Assembly: GCA_902594865.1 (NCBI GenBank)
Contig: CACJNV010000002.1
Location: 31,121-95,120, forward strand
DNA from: an uncultured Pelagibacteraceae bacterium
GTDB taxonomy: Bacteria; Pseudomonadota; Alphaproteobacteria; Pelagibacterales; Pelagibacteraceae
Direction: 5' to 3'
Length of the DNA stretch: 64,000 bases
The position numbers and the translations under genes were made by a program. The notes under the pieces were generated by a model that had not been told where the DNA came from, ran no database searches, and saw only the letters and a list, made by a program, of their open reading frames with translations. Shown in pieces: positions 41,536 through 50,718 of the stretch. How positions within the stretch are numbered: position 1 is the first letter of the stretch; the number at the start of each line of letters is the position of its first letter.

Positions 41536-42101
41536 TGAAAGTATTGTTAATAGATAATTACGATAGTTTTACTTTTAATTTGTATCACTATATCTCCTCA
41601 TTAAATGTAAAAGTTGATGTAGTTAGAAATGATAAAATTAATTCTAAAGAAATCATTAAAAAAAAATATGATAAAATTGTTATTTCACCAGGACCAGGCA
41701 ACCCAAATCAATCTGGCAATTGTATTAAAATATTGAATTCATTATATAAAGAATTACCTTTTTTAGGAGTATGTTTAGGTCATCAGATAATAGGACAAGT
41801 TTTTGGATCAAAAATTGTTCAAGCAAGAAAGTTAATGCACGGCAAAACAAGCAAAATCAAATCAAAGAAAATAGGTATTTTAAAAAACCTCCCAAATACA
41901 TTTGAAGCTACCAGATACCATAGTTTGGTAATTGATAAAAAAACGTTATCAAAAGATCTAGAGATTACAGCAGAGACAAAAGATGGGATTATAATGGGTG
42001 TACAACATAAAAAATTTAATATTCATGGTGTACAATTCCATCCTGAAAGTATTAAAACTAAGTTTGGAATGAAAATTCTTAAAAACTTTATTAACAATTA
42101 A
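41535..42101 (+). CDS. trpG: Anthranilate synthase component II
   Basis: IDNYDSFTFNL, SPGPG.P, GVCLGHQ, RYHSL, QFHPES. Confidence 0.96.
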   Translation: MKVLLIDNYDSFTFNLYHYISSLNVKVDVVRNDKINSKEIIKKKYDKIVISPGPGNPNQSGNCIKILNSLYKELPFLGVCLGHQIIGQVFGSKIVQARKLMHGKTSKIKSKKIGILKNLPNTFEATRYHSLVIDKKTLSKDLEITAETKDGIIMGVQHKKFNIHGVQFHPESIKTKFGMKILKNFINN

Positions 42102-42105
42102 ATTT

Positions 42106-43098
42106 ATGGACCAAATTTTAGAAAAACTTAAAAATAAAAAAGATTTAACTTTTGAAGAAAGTAAAACTACTTTTGAAATATTAATGACTGGAAAAGCTAG
42201 TGATGACGAAATTTTTAATTTTTTAACATTATTATCCGAAAAGGGAGAAGTTTCAGATGAAATAGCAGGTGGAGTTTTTGTTCTTAGAGAAAAGTCTAAA
42301 AGAGTAAATGTAAGTGATTGTATTGATACTTGTGGCACTGGCGGTGATGGAATGAATACTCTTAATATTTCAACAGCTTCTGCCCTACTTTTAGCTAGCA
42401 TGGGTACAAAAGTTGCTAAACATGGCAATAAAGCTGTTTCTTCAAAATGTGGGTCCGGCGATGTTTTAGAAGCTCTTAAAATTAAAATTGATTTAGAACC
42501 TGAGGATATAGAAAAAGAAATTAATACCAATAATTTTGGTTTTATGTTTGCACCAAATTATCATAGTGCAATGAGATTTGTAGGACCTGTAAGAAAGAAA
42601 ATTGGAAAAAGAACCATTTTTAATATGATTGGTCCATTAAGTAATCCTGCCCTTGTAGAGAGGCAAGTTGTAGGTGTTTTCGATAAAAAATTATTAAAAA
42701 TTTTTGCAGAAGGACTTAAAAATTTAAATTTAAAATTTGCTTGGATAGTAAATAGCGAGGATGGATTAGATGAAATATCTCCATATGCAATCACTAATGT
42801 TATTCAATTAAAAGATGGTCAAATATCTGAAATAAAAATAGATCCAAATGCTTTGGGAGTTAATGCAGATAATTTTAAAAATTTAGTGGGTGATGATGCA
42901 AAATTTAATGCTGATAAGATGATTGAAATATTTAAAGGTGAAGACAACGATTTTTCAAAAGCAGTTTGTTTAAATGCTGCAGCGGGGCTAATTGTTGGAG
43001 AAAAATTTTCAGACTTTTCTGAAGCATATAATTACTCAAGAGAATTTATCCATTCTGGAAAAACCTTTTTACATCTAGAAAAAATTCAAAATGTCTGA
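42106..43098 (+). CDS. trpD: Anthranilate phosphoribosyltransferase
   Basis: DTCGTGGDG..TLNIST, KHGN.AVSSK.GSGD, GLDE. Confidence 0.97.
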   Translation: MDQILEKLKNKKDLTFEESKTTFEILMTGKASDDEIFNFLTLLSEKGEVSDEIAGGVFVLREKSKRVNVSDCIDTCGTGGDGMNTLNISTASALLLASMGTKVAKHGNKAVSSKCGSGDVLEALKIKIDLEPEDIEKEINTNNFGFMFAPNYHSAMRFVGPVRKKIGKRTIFNMIGPLSNPALVERQVVGVFDKKLLKIFAEGLKNLNLKFAWIVNSEDGLDEISPYAITNVIQLKDGQISEIKIDPNALGVNADNFKNLVGDDAKFNADKMIEIFKGEDNDFSKAVCLNAAAGLIVGEKFSDFSEAYNYSREFIHSGKTFLHLEKIQNV

Positions 43099-43882
43099 AA
43101 ATATACTTCAAAATATCATTCAAAAGAAAATTAAAAAAGTTGATAAATTAAAAAAATCCTTAGATCTTAAAACTTTAGATGAATTAATTAGTAAAAATAA
43201 CAACTATATTAATTTTAAAGAAAAAATAGAAAATAATATAAAAAATAATAAAACTTCAATTATTGCTGAAATAAAAAAAGCAAGTCCTTCAGCAGGTATA
43301 ATAATTGATGATTATAATCCTGTAGAAATTGCTGAGATTTATTTAAATAATAAAGCAACTTGCCTTTCAGTTTTAACAGAAGAAGATTATTTTTTAGGAA
43401 ATTTAATTCACATAAGCAAAATAAAAGATAAAATAAATTTACCTATATTGTGTAAGGATTTTTTTATCGATAAATTTCAAATACCTTTAGCAAAAAGTTA
43501 TGGCGCTGATGCTATTTTAATTATTTTGGCTGGGGTATCAGATGATCTTGCTTCTGAATTATATGATGAAGCTATGAAATACAATATGTCGGTTATAGTT
43601 GAAGTTCATACAGTAGAAGAAGCTAAAAAAGCATTAAATTTTAAAGATGCACTAATTGGAATAAACAATAGAAATTTAAAAACACTTAAAACTAATATAA
43701 ATACAACTTATGATATTTATGATGTTGTAAAAAGTCACAAAGGTCCTTTAATATCCGAAAGTGGAATTAAGAATAAAGATGAACTATTAGAGCTTAATAA
43801 CAAAACATCAATTAACACTTTTTTAATTGGTGAATCACTTTTGAAAAACTTGGAGAAAAATTCTATTTTTTCTATTTTATAG
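43091..43882 (+). CDS. trpC: Indole-3-glycerol phosphate synthase
   Basis: IAEIKKASPS, SVLTE, KDF, GADAILII, GINNRNL, SESGI, LIGE. Confidence 0.96.
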   Translation: MSENILQNIIQKKIKKVDKLKKSLDLKTLDELISKNNNYINFKEKIENNIKNNKTSIIAEIKKASPSAGIIIDDYNPVEIAEIYLNNKATCLSVLTEEDYFLGNLIHISKIKDKINLPILCKDFFIDKFQIPLAKSYGADAILIILAGVSDDLASELYDEAMKYNMSVIVEVHTVEEAKKALNFKDALIGINNRNLKTLKTNINTTYDIYDVVKSHKGPLISESGIKNKDELLELNNKTSINTFLIGESLLKNLEKNSIFSIL

Positions 43883-43931
43883 TCAAATAAAGCCCTATTT
43901 TGCTAGTTTTTTTTGTATTGTTAATTTAAAA

Positions 43932-43968
43932 GAACTTTTATAGAACATCATTTGTACGATATTTGTTC
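43932..43968. promoter_or_regulatory. Alphaproteobacterial LexA (SOS) operator array upstream of lexA
   Basis: GAAC-N7-GAAC-N7-GTAC-N7-GTTC, ending 2 nt before the ATG. Confidence 0.9.
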
Positions 43969-43970
43969 TT

Positions 43971-44648
43971 ATGCTAACAAAAAAACAAAAAAACCTGCTT
44001 TTATTTATCAACAAGAAGTTGAGAAGCTCTGGCGTCTCTCCCTCATATGAAGAGATGAAACAGTCTCTTAATTTAAAATCTAAATCAGGTATTCACAGGT
44101 TGATTAGTGCTTTAGAGGAAAGAGGTTTTATCAAAAGATTAGCTCACAAAGCAAGAGCTTTAGAGGTAATTAAATTACCGGAAACAGCTTCTGCAAATGA
44201 TATTTATAATAGCTTTTCACCAAGTGTAATTAAAGGTGGTTTAGATGAAGAAGAAACTACTTCTGATGAAATAGAAGTGCCAGTACTTGGAAAAATTGCA
44301 GCAGGAACACCTGTTGAAGCAATACAAAATGAGGTTTCTAGAATTCCACTTCCAAATAATTTAGAAAAAAATGGTGATTATTTTGGATTAAAAGTCCAAG
44401 GTGACTCAATGATTGATGCAGGTATTCATGAAGGTGATACTGTAATCATTAAAAGAACTAACACAGCCGATAATGGCAAAATTGTAGTTGCTTTAATAGA
44501 TGAGCATGAAGCAATGTTAAAAAGAATTCGAAAAAAAGGTAAAGTTGTAGCCCTTGAAAGTGCTAATAGAAACTATGAAACTAAGATTTTTGGACCTGAT
44601 AGAGTAAAAGTTCAAGGAGTTTTAGTATCTTTATATAGAAACTTCTAA
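43971..44648 (+). CDS. lexA: SOS repressor LexA
   Basis: SPSYEEM...L.LKSKSGIHRL..ALEERGF (alpha-type HTH), IAAG cleavage site, GDSM serine, LKR lysine. Confidence 0.97.
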   Translation: MLTKKQKNLLLFINKKLRSSGVSPSYEEMKQSLNLKSKSGIHRLISALEERGFIKRLAHKARALEVIKLPETASANDIYNSFSPSVIKGGLDEEETTSDEIEVPVLGKIAAGTPVEAIQNEVSRIPLPNNLEKNGDYFGLKVQGDSMIDAGIHEGDTVIIKRTNTADNGKIVVALIDEHEAMLKRIRKKGKVVALESANRNYETKIFGPDRVKVQGVLVSLYRNF

Positions 44649-44670
44649 AAAAATAGTCTAAACAACACTG

Positions 44671-46068
44671 ATGTCTAAAGTAGCAACACGTTTTGCTCCA
44701 TCCCCTACTGGAGCTCTTCATATTGGAGGGGTTAGAACTGCTTTATTTAATTGGTTGTTCTCTAAAAATCAAAAAGGGACTTTTCATCTAAGAATTGAAG
44801 ATACTGACAAAGAAAGATCCAAAGATGAACACAAAATACAAATTATTAAATCATTAAAGTGGATAGGGATTGAGTATGATGGTAAAGAGTATATTCAATC
44901 ACAAAAAATAGAAAATCACATTAAAATTGCTAATGAATTATTACAAAAAGGGAATGCATATAAATGTTACTGCTCTGCTGAAGAGATAGAGGATCAAAAA
45001 AAAAGAGCTAAGCAAAAAAAGATGCCCTATATTTATAATAGAAAATGGAGGGATGCTGATGAAAAAGATGCTCCTAAAGGTATTAAACCAGTAATTAGAT
45101 TTAAAAGTAAAATAGAAGGAAATTCTAAACTTAAAGATCTAGTTCAAGGAGATGTTGAAATTGAAAATAATACAATAGAAGATTTTATAATTTTAAGAAA
45201 CGATGGAACGCCAACTTACAATCTTTCTGCAACTGTTGACGATCATCAAATGGGAATAACACATATAATTAGAGGAGATGATCACAAGATAAATACTTTT
45301 AAACAAATACAAATATACCAAGCAATGGGTTGGGATGTTCCAGAATTTGCACATATTCCACTAATTCATACTATTGAAGGTAAAAAACTTTCAAAAAGAG
45401 ATAATGCCTCAACTTTGGATGATTACTCAAAAATAGGCATAATGCCTGATGCATTAAGAAATTATTTACTTAGACTAGGATGGTCATATCAAGATAAGGA
45501 AATATTTACTCTAGAAGAGAGCATTGAACACTTTAATTTAGAAGGTATTGGTAAATCGCCATCAAAACTAGATATGGGCAGAATATTATCTATGAATGAG
45601 CACTATATAAAAACAATCGATGAGAAAGATCTTTATCAATGTCTAGATGAATATTGCAAAATTTACAAAGAAAAGATTCAAGATGATAAAGAAACAAAAG
45701 TTAAATCCTCATTATCATTTTTAAAAAATAAGGCTAAAACCTTAGAAGATATTTACAATAATTCAAAATTCATCATCAATGATGAAGTTAACTTTAATGA
45801 AGATGATATTAAATTAATAGATGATAAAGCAAAAAAAATTATTTCAGAATTTATTAAAGAATTATCATCAATTTCAAAAATAAATAAGGAGTATTTAGAG
45901 CCTGTAGTAAATAATTTAATAAAATTAAATGATACAAATTTTAAAGGTGTTGGTCAGCCTATACGGATTGCTTTAACAGGATCAAAATTTGGTCCTGGTT
46001 TATATGATATAGTTATGGCTCTTGGCAAAGAAGAGGTATTAAAGAGGCTAGTAAAGATAATTTCTTAA
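44671..46068 (+). CDS. gltX: Glutamate--tRNA ligase
   Basis: TRFAPSPTG.LHIGG.RTA, LRIEDTD, RGDDH, KLSKR. Confidence 0.97.
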   Translation: MSKVATRFAPSPTGALHIGGVRTALFNWLFSKNQKGTFHLRIEDTDKERSKDEHKIQIIKSLKWIGIEYDGKEYIQSQKIENHIKIANELLQKGNAYKCYCSAEEIEDQKKRAKQKKMPYIYNRKWRDADEKDAPKGIKPVIRFKSKIEGNSKLKDLVQGDVEIENNTIEDFIILRNDGTPTYNLSATVDDHQMGITHIIRGDDHKINTFKQIQIYQAMGWDVPEFAHIPLIHTIEGKKLSKRDNASTLDDYSKIGIMPDALRNYLLRLGWSYQDKEIFTLEESIEHFNLEGIGKSPSKLDMGRILSMNEHYIKTIDEKDLYQCLDEYCKIYKEKIQDDKETKVKSSLSFLKNKAKTLEDIYNNSKFIINDEVNFNEDDIKLIDDKAKKIISEFIKELSSISKINKEYLEPVVNNLIKLNDTNFKGVGQPIRIALTGSKFGPGLYDIVMALGKEEVLKRLVKIIS

Positions 46069-47181
46069 AACTAAACAAGCCTCTTCAGAAGAAGAGGTTT
46101 TAGATCTAATTCCTTCTAATGTTTTTGAACAATCAGATAATTGTTTTTTCATAAAGTCAGGGTTTTTTAAAAGATAAATTACAGATTTATAGATTTCATC
46201 AGCATTACATTCATTTTGTAACAATTCAGGAATGACTTCACGATTATTGATAATATTAATTATATTTGCAAATTTAACATTAACTAACATTTTAAATATC
46301 ATAAAATTTATAAAACTGAGTTTATAAATAATTATAGATGGTATATTTGAGCTAGAAATTTGCAGTGAAACTGTTCCAGATTTAGATACGGCAAAAACTG
46401 AATTAGATAAAATTTTAGATTTAATACTTTCATCTGAAATCACATCTACATTTTCAATATTAAATTTTTTAATTTCTGAAAAAATTAAATTTTTATTTTC
46501 ATCAGTTGCATGAAAGTAAAAATAAAAATCATTATGTCTTTTGTTCATTAATTTTATAAAATCAATTAAAATATATAGTAATGCGTCTGTTTCGGATTTT
46601 CTACTTCCTGGGAATATTGATATAATTTTCTTATCTTTAGGAATCATATTTTCAACAATTTTTTTATTATCTTGATTATTCTCAATTAACGGGTGTCCAA
46701 CAAATGTATTTTTTATATTTTCTTCATCAAAATATTTTTTTTCGAAGTCAAATAATAAGAGAATATGATCAATAAAATTTTTAATTTTTTTAACTCTATT
46801 TTTTCTCCATATCCAAACTTGAGGAGCTACATAATGAATTGTTTTAATATTAGAGTTAATTTTTTTTACTCTTTCAGCAACTCTCATGGTAAAATCAGGA
46901 CTATCGACAGAAAATAATATATCAGGATTAAATTTTATTATTTCATTAACTGTTTGGTTAATTTTATTTCTAATTTTAAATATATTGAATAAAATACTCG
47001 TAAAACCTAGATAGGTGATTTCATTTAAGTTAAAAATAGAATTAATTCCTAATTTTTTTAAATGATTTCCACCAACAGATAAATATTCAATATCAGATTT
47101 TTGTGATTTAAGTTTTGAAATAACTGTTGAGGCTAATTTATCACCAGAAGGTTCACCTGTTAGTATGAATATTTTTTTCAT
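46048..47181 (-). CDS. lpxB: Lipid-A-disaccharide synthase
   Basis: GEPSGD, DSPDF, YVAPQVW.WR, FVGHP, PGSR..E, SGT, PELLQ. Confidence 0.94.
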   Translation of the reverse strand: MKKIFILTGEPSGDKLASTVISKLKSQKSDIEYLSVGGNHLKKLGINSIFNLNEITYLGFTSILFNIFKIRNKINQTVNEIIKFNPDILFSVDSPDFTMRVAERVKKINSNIKTIHYVAPQVWIWRKNRVKKIKNFIDHILLLFDFEKKYFDEENIKNTFVGHPLIENNQDNKKIVENMIPKDKKIISIFPGSRKSETDALLYILIDFIKLMNKRHNDFYFYFHATDENKNLIFSEIKKFNIENVDVISDESIKSKILSNSVFAVSKSGTVSLQISSSNIPSIIIYKLSFINFMIFKMLVNVKFANIINIINNREVIPELLQNECNADEIYKSVIYLLKNPDFMKKQLSDCSKTLEGIRSKTSSSEEACLVLRNYLY

Positions 47182-47963
47182 ATAATATAAATAAAAATCT
47201 TATTTTTATTAGCAAATTTAATACATTTAACTTTATCTAAAAAAATGTTTTTTTTAGCTTGTAAAACAACACCTCGTAATCCATACTTTTTAATATCTTT
47301 AAAAGTTTGTAGACCAACTGTTGGCAAATCCATCCTTAAATCTTGTTTTTTTTTTGGGAGTTTTATTAAAATTCCGTCTGAATTTTTCTTTAATTCTGAT
47401 AGCATTTTTTTTGTTCCCTCTCTTCCTTCTTTAGCTAAAATTTTACCTTCTTTAACAACTATGGCCTGGACATGGTCTAAACTTTTTGTTTTGTTAAAAT
47501 AAGCTTTACCTTTTTTTATTGAAATTATATCTAGTTTATTTGGTTTAGATTTACTGTAATTTCCATTCTTTAAAGATAATTCTGGATTAAAAAATAAAGA
47601 GCTTATAACTTTAATTCCTTCATTGTTTAAAATTTTTATAATTGATTTAATTATAGCAGCATCACCTATTTTGGCTGCTCTTATTACACTTGGCATATAA
47701 TAAATCCCTTTTAAATCTAATCTTAAAGAAGAAAAATTTGGTTTTGAAATTTTGCCTGCAAACAAAACTTTCTTACATTTTTTTTGTTTAATTAAATTAA
47801 TAATTGAGCCAAATTTTCCAATACTTACTCTGAAAGAATTTTTATCTTTTTTAAATTTATTATTTTTAGAAAAATCAATTATAAAATAATTTTTTTTTAA
47901 TATCTTAATTTTACTTAGAACTATATCTGAAAAATCAGTGTCACCTAAAAACAAACCTATCAT
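47178..47963 (-). CDS. lpxI: UDP-2,3-diacylglucosamine pyrophosphatase
   Basis: AG...KP, GD, QA.VV, E..EGT..ML, K..K..QDLR.DLPTVG; between lpxA and lpxB. Confidence 0.88.
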   Translation of the reverse strand: MIGLFLGDTDFSDIVLSKIKILKKNYFIIDFSKNNKFKKDKNSFRVSIGKFGSIINLIKQKKCKKVLFAGKISKPNFSSLRLDLKGIYYMPSVIRAAKIGDAAIIKSIIKILNNEGIKVISSLFFNPELSLKNGNYSKSKPNKLDIISIKKGKAYFNKTKSLDHVQAIVVKEGKILAKEGREGTKKMLSELKKNSDGILIKLPKKKQDLRMDLPTVGLQTFKDIKKYGLRGVVLQAKKNIFLDKVKCIKFANKNKIFIYII

Positions 47964-47964
47964 T

Positions 47965-48747
47965 TTATTTTGAAAATGGAGTACAAATTGGTCTTTTCTT
48001 ATCCATTTCTATAAATCTAGTAACTTCTATAACTAATTCATTATTCTTAAATTTATTTGATAAATTACTTAGATTTTCTGTTAAATTTTCGTTCTTAAAA
48101 ATTTCTTTATAAGCATTACTCAAAGTCATTATCTCTTTATTTGGAATATTTTTTCTTCTTAGACCTATTAAATTCAATCCATGCAAAACGCTTCTGTTTC
48201 CATGTGCAATACCATAAGGAATTATATCTCTAACTACACCGCACATACCACCAACCATTGCTGATTTACCTACTCTTGTAAATTGTTGTACAGCTGAATT
48301 GCCACCAATAATAGCATTATCGTCTATATGCGCATGACCTCCTAACGGTACATTGTTAGCTAAAATCACGTTATCTCCAACAAAACAATCATGAGCAATA
48401 TGAGCTGACACCATAAACAAACAGTTATTACCAACTTTTGTTAATCCACCACCACCTTTTGTTCCTGGATTAATTGTAACATATTCTCTAATTTTATTAT
48501 TTTTACCTATCTCTAACTTTGTTTCTTCACCTTGAAATTTTAGATCTTGTGGATCATTTCCTATTGAAGCAAATGGATAAATAATATTATTTTTTCCTAT
48601 TTTTGTTCGTCCTGTAATATTAACATGTGATTGAACAATTGTACCCTCTCCAATTTCAACATGAGGACCAATTACCGAGTAAGGACCAATTTTTACATTT
48701 TTAGAAATTTTAGCATTTGAATTGACTATAGCTGTTTTGTCTATCAT
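47965..48747 (-). CDS. lpxA: UDP-GlcNAc acyltransferase
   Basis: Hexapeptide repeats, PFASIG..PQDLKF, IREYVTI..GT, HIAHDC. Confidence 0.96.
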   Translation of the reverse strand: MIDKTAIVNSNAKISKNVKIGPYSVIGPHVEIGEGTIVQSHVNITGRTKIGKNNIIYPFASIGNDPQDLKFQGEETKLEIGKNNKIREYVTINPGTKGGGGLTKVGNNCLFMVSAHIAHDCFVGDNVILANNVPLGGHAHIDDNAIIGGNSAVQQFTRVGKSAMVGGMCGVVRDIIPYGIAHGNRSVLHGLNLIGLRRKNIPNKEIMTLSNAYKEIFKNENLTENLSNLSNKFKNNELVIEVTRFIEMDKKRPICTPFSK

Positions 48748-49724
48748 TTATTATCTCTTAAAAATTCTCTAATATTTTTTGCTGGATAGCCCATTACCTT
48801 AGTATTGTCAGGAATATCTCTTATGACTCCAGAGCCACCTCCGATTTCTACATTATTTCCAATTTTAAGATGTCCTGAAATACCAGCTTGTCCGCCAATT
48901 TTAACATTACTTCCTATAGCAGAACTGCCAGCTATACCAACTTGTCCAGCTATGATTGAATTTTCTCCAATTTTAACATTATGAGCTATATGAATCTGAT
49001 TATCCAAATAAGTATTTTTTCCAATTACTGTATTTGACATAGAACCTCTATCTATAGTAGAGCCACATCCTATCTCACAATTATCTTCAATTATAACAAT
49101 TCCTATATGTGGATATCTTAAATTTTTATTTTTTATGGGAAAAAATCCAAATCCATGTTTTCCTATAACACATCTATCTAAGATTCTTACATTGTCTTTA
49201 ATAATTGTATTTCTAATAATTGTGTTTGATCCAATTGAGCAATTGTTTCCAATATTAACATTTTTTTCAATTATAGAATTGTGACCAATGACACAATTTG
49301 ATCCAAAAGATACATTGTCACCAACTAAAACATTTTTGCCAAATTTAACTTCATCTTTAAATTTTGTTTCTGATATAGAAATTGCAGTTTCATCAAAATT
49401 ATCATTAATAGAGTCCGGATAAAACTTAGAAGTCAACTTAGATACAGAAATTAAAACATTTTCAACAATTAATGAATTACAATTTTTAGGTAGATCATTT
49501 TTTAAAGACTCTGTAGTTATGCAGAAAGATGCTTTTGTATTGTTGGCAACTTCTTTGTATTTTTTAGAATGATAAAAAGTAATATCAGAATTATTTGCTG
49601 CGAATAAATCTTTTATATCTACAATATTTTGATCAGATTTAAGTTTATAAGTTTTTAAATTTAAATATTTTATAATTTCAGAGACAGATAAAGGGCCATT
49701 ATTTTTGAAAAAAGGATGAGGCAT
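48744..49724 (-). CDS. lpxD: UDP-3-O-acyl-glucosamine N-acyltransferase
   Basis: [32 protein letters not shown]. Start taken at the ATG 49724 (MPHPFF); the track extends it to 49739. Confidence 0.93.
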   Translation of the reverse strand: MPHPFFKNNGPLSVSEIIKYLNLKTYKLKSDQNIVDIKDLFAANNSDITFYHSKKYKEVANNTKASFCITTESLKNDLPKNCNSLIVENVLISVSKLTSKFYPDSINDNFDETAISISETKFKDEVKFGKNVLVGDNVSFGSNCVIGHNSIIEKNVNIGNNCSIGSNTIIRNTIIKDNVRILDRCVIGKHGFGFFPIKNKNLRYPHIGIVIIEDNCEIGCGSTIDRGSMSNTVIGKNTYLDNQIHIAHNVKIGENSIIAGQVGIAGSSAIGSNVKIGGQAGISGHLKIGNNVEIGGGSGVIRDIPDNTKVMGYPAKNIREFLRDNK

Positions 49725-49775
49725 AAATACTTTTAACAAAGCATTTAATAATTGGTTATCAAGAATTATTGCTAT

Positions 49776-50222
49776 TTATTTCTTGTCTACTATAGTTGCT
49801 GACCAAATTGCATCAGCCATTTTTTTATCATCTACAAAAGCTTCACCTTTGTATTTCCACACTCTCCCATGAGATCTTATTGCCTCTATTTTTAAAATAA
49901 GTTTACAGTTAGGTATTACTGGGTTTCTAAAACGAGCTTTTTCTACACCCATTAGAAAAACTAATTTATTATCATAAGTTGCTTTATCTAAACCATCAGC
50001 TGTAAGTGCAGCAGCGGCCTGACCAAAAGACTCCACTATTAGGACACCTGGCATCACAGGTTGATCTGGAAAATGACCTTGAACAAAGAAACTATCTTTT
50101 TTTACATTTACTAAAGCAGTCGCTGAATGTAATTTTTTGATATCGTAAAGCTCATCAATTAACAACATTGGTTCTCTATGAGGTAGAAGTTTTGTTATTT
50201 CTGACTTATTTAATTTTTTCAT
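49776..50222 (-). CDS. fabZ: 3-hydroxyacyl-ACP dehydratase
   Basis: LPHREPMLLID, GHFP..PVMPGVLIVE, ARFRNPV.P. Confidence 0.95.
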   Translation of the reverse strand: MKKLNKSEITKLLPHREPMLLIDELYDIKKLHSATALVNVKKDSFFVQGHFPDQPVMPGVLIVESFGQAAAALTADGLDKATYDNKLVFLMGVEKARFRNPVIPNCKLILKIEAIRSHGRVWKYKGEAFVDDKKMADAIWSATIVDKK

Positions 50223-50718
50223 CTATAATTTCAATTATATCATCTGTAATATCAAGTTTTTTACTTGCTATAAATACATTATTTTTACTTACTACTAGAT
50301 CTATACTATTAACTTTAACATAATCTTCAATTAATGGTGTTATTTGTTTAAAAAAATTATTTATTAATTTTTTTTTATTGCTTTCAAATTCATTAATTTT
50401 TTTTTGTTTTTCATCCCTATATTTTTTTAAATTTTTTTTTAATTCAGTCAATTTAGAGTTAAATTCTTCTTCAGATAATATATTTTTTTTTGCAACCAAA
50501 TCTTGTTCAACGCCTATAATTTTATCCTCTTGTATTTTAAAGTTTTTTAAATTCTCATTTTTTATATTTTCTAAATTTTCCAAGATTGATTTTCCATACT
50601 TAGTGTTTTTAATAATTAAATCTAGATTAATATATTTTATTTTTTCCTGTGCAGCGACATTTTCATTAAATGAAATTATTAAGATTAAAATGATTAAAGT
50701 TTTGTAAATTTTATACAT
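50206..50718 (-). CDS. skp: OmpH/Skp periplasmic chaperone
   Basis: Signal peptide, I.YINLD.I, coiled coil, DIT..II; after bamA. Confidence 0.82.
   Translation of the reverse strand: MYKIYKTLIILILIISFNENVAAQEKIKYINLDLIIKNTKYGKSILENLENIKNENLKNFKIQEDKIIGVEQDLVAKKNILSEEEFNSKLTELKKNLKKYRDEKQKKINEFESNKKKLINNFFKQITPLIEDYVKVNSIDLVVSKNNVFIASKKLDITDDIIEIIDEKIK

Noticed and set aside
41958-42530. 190-aa antisense ORF over trpG/trpD, and similar shadow ORFs (e.g. 59487-59915, 25939-26313, 34330-34650)
   Set aside because: Antisense to well-conserved genes, with Ser/Phe/Leu-rich shadow composition and no motifs.
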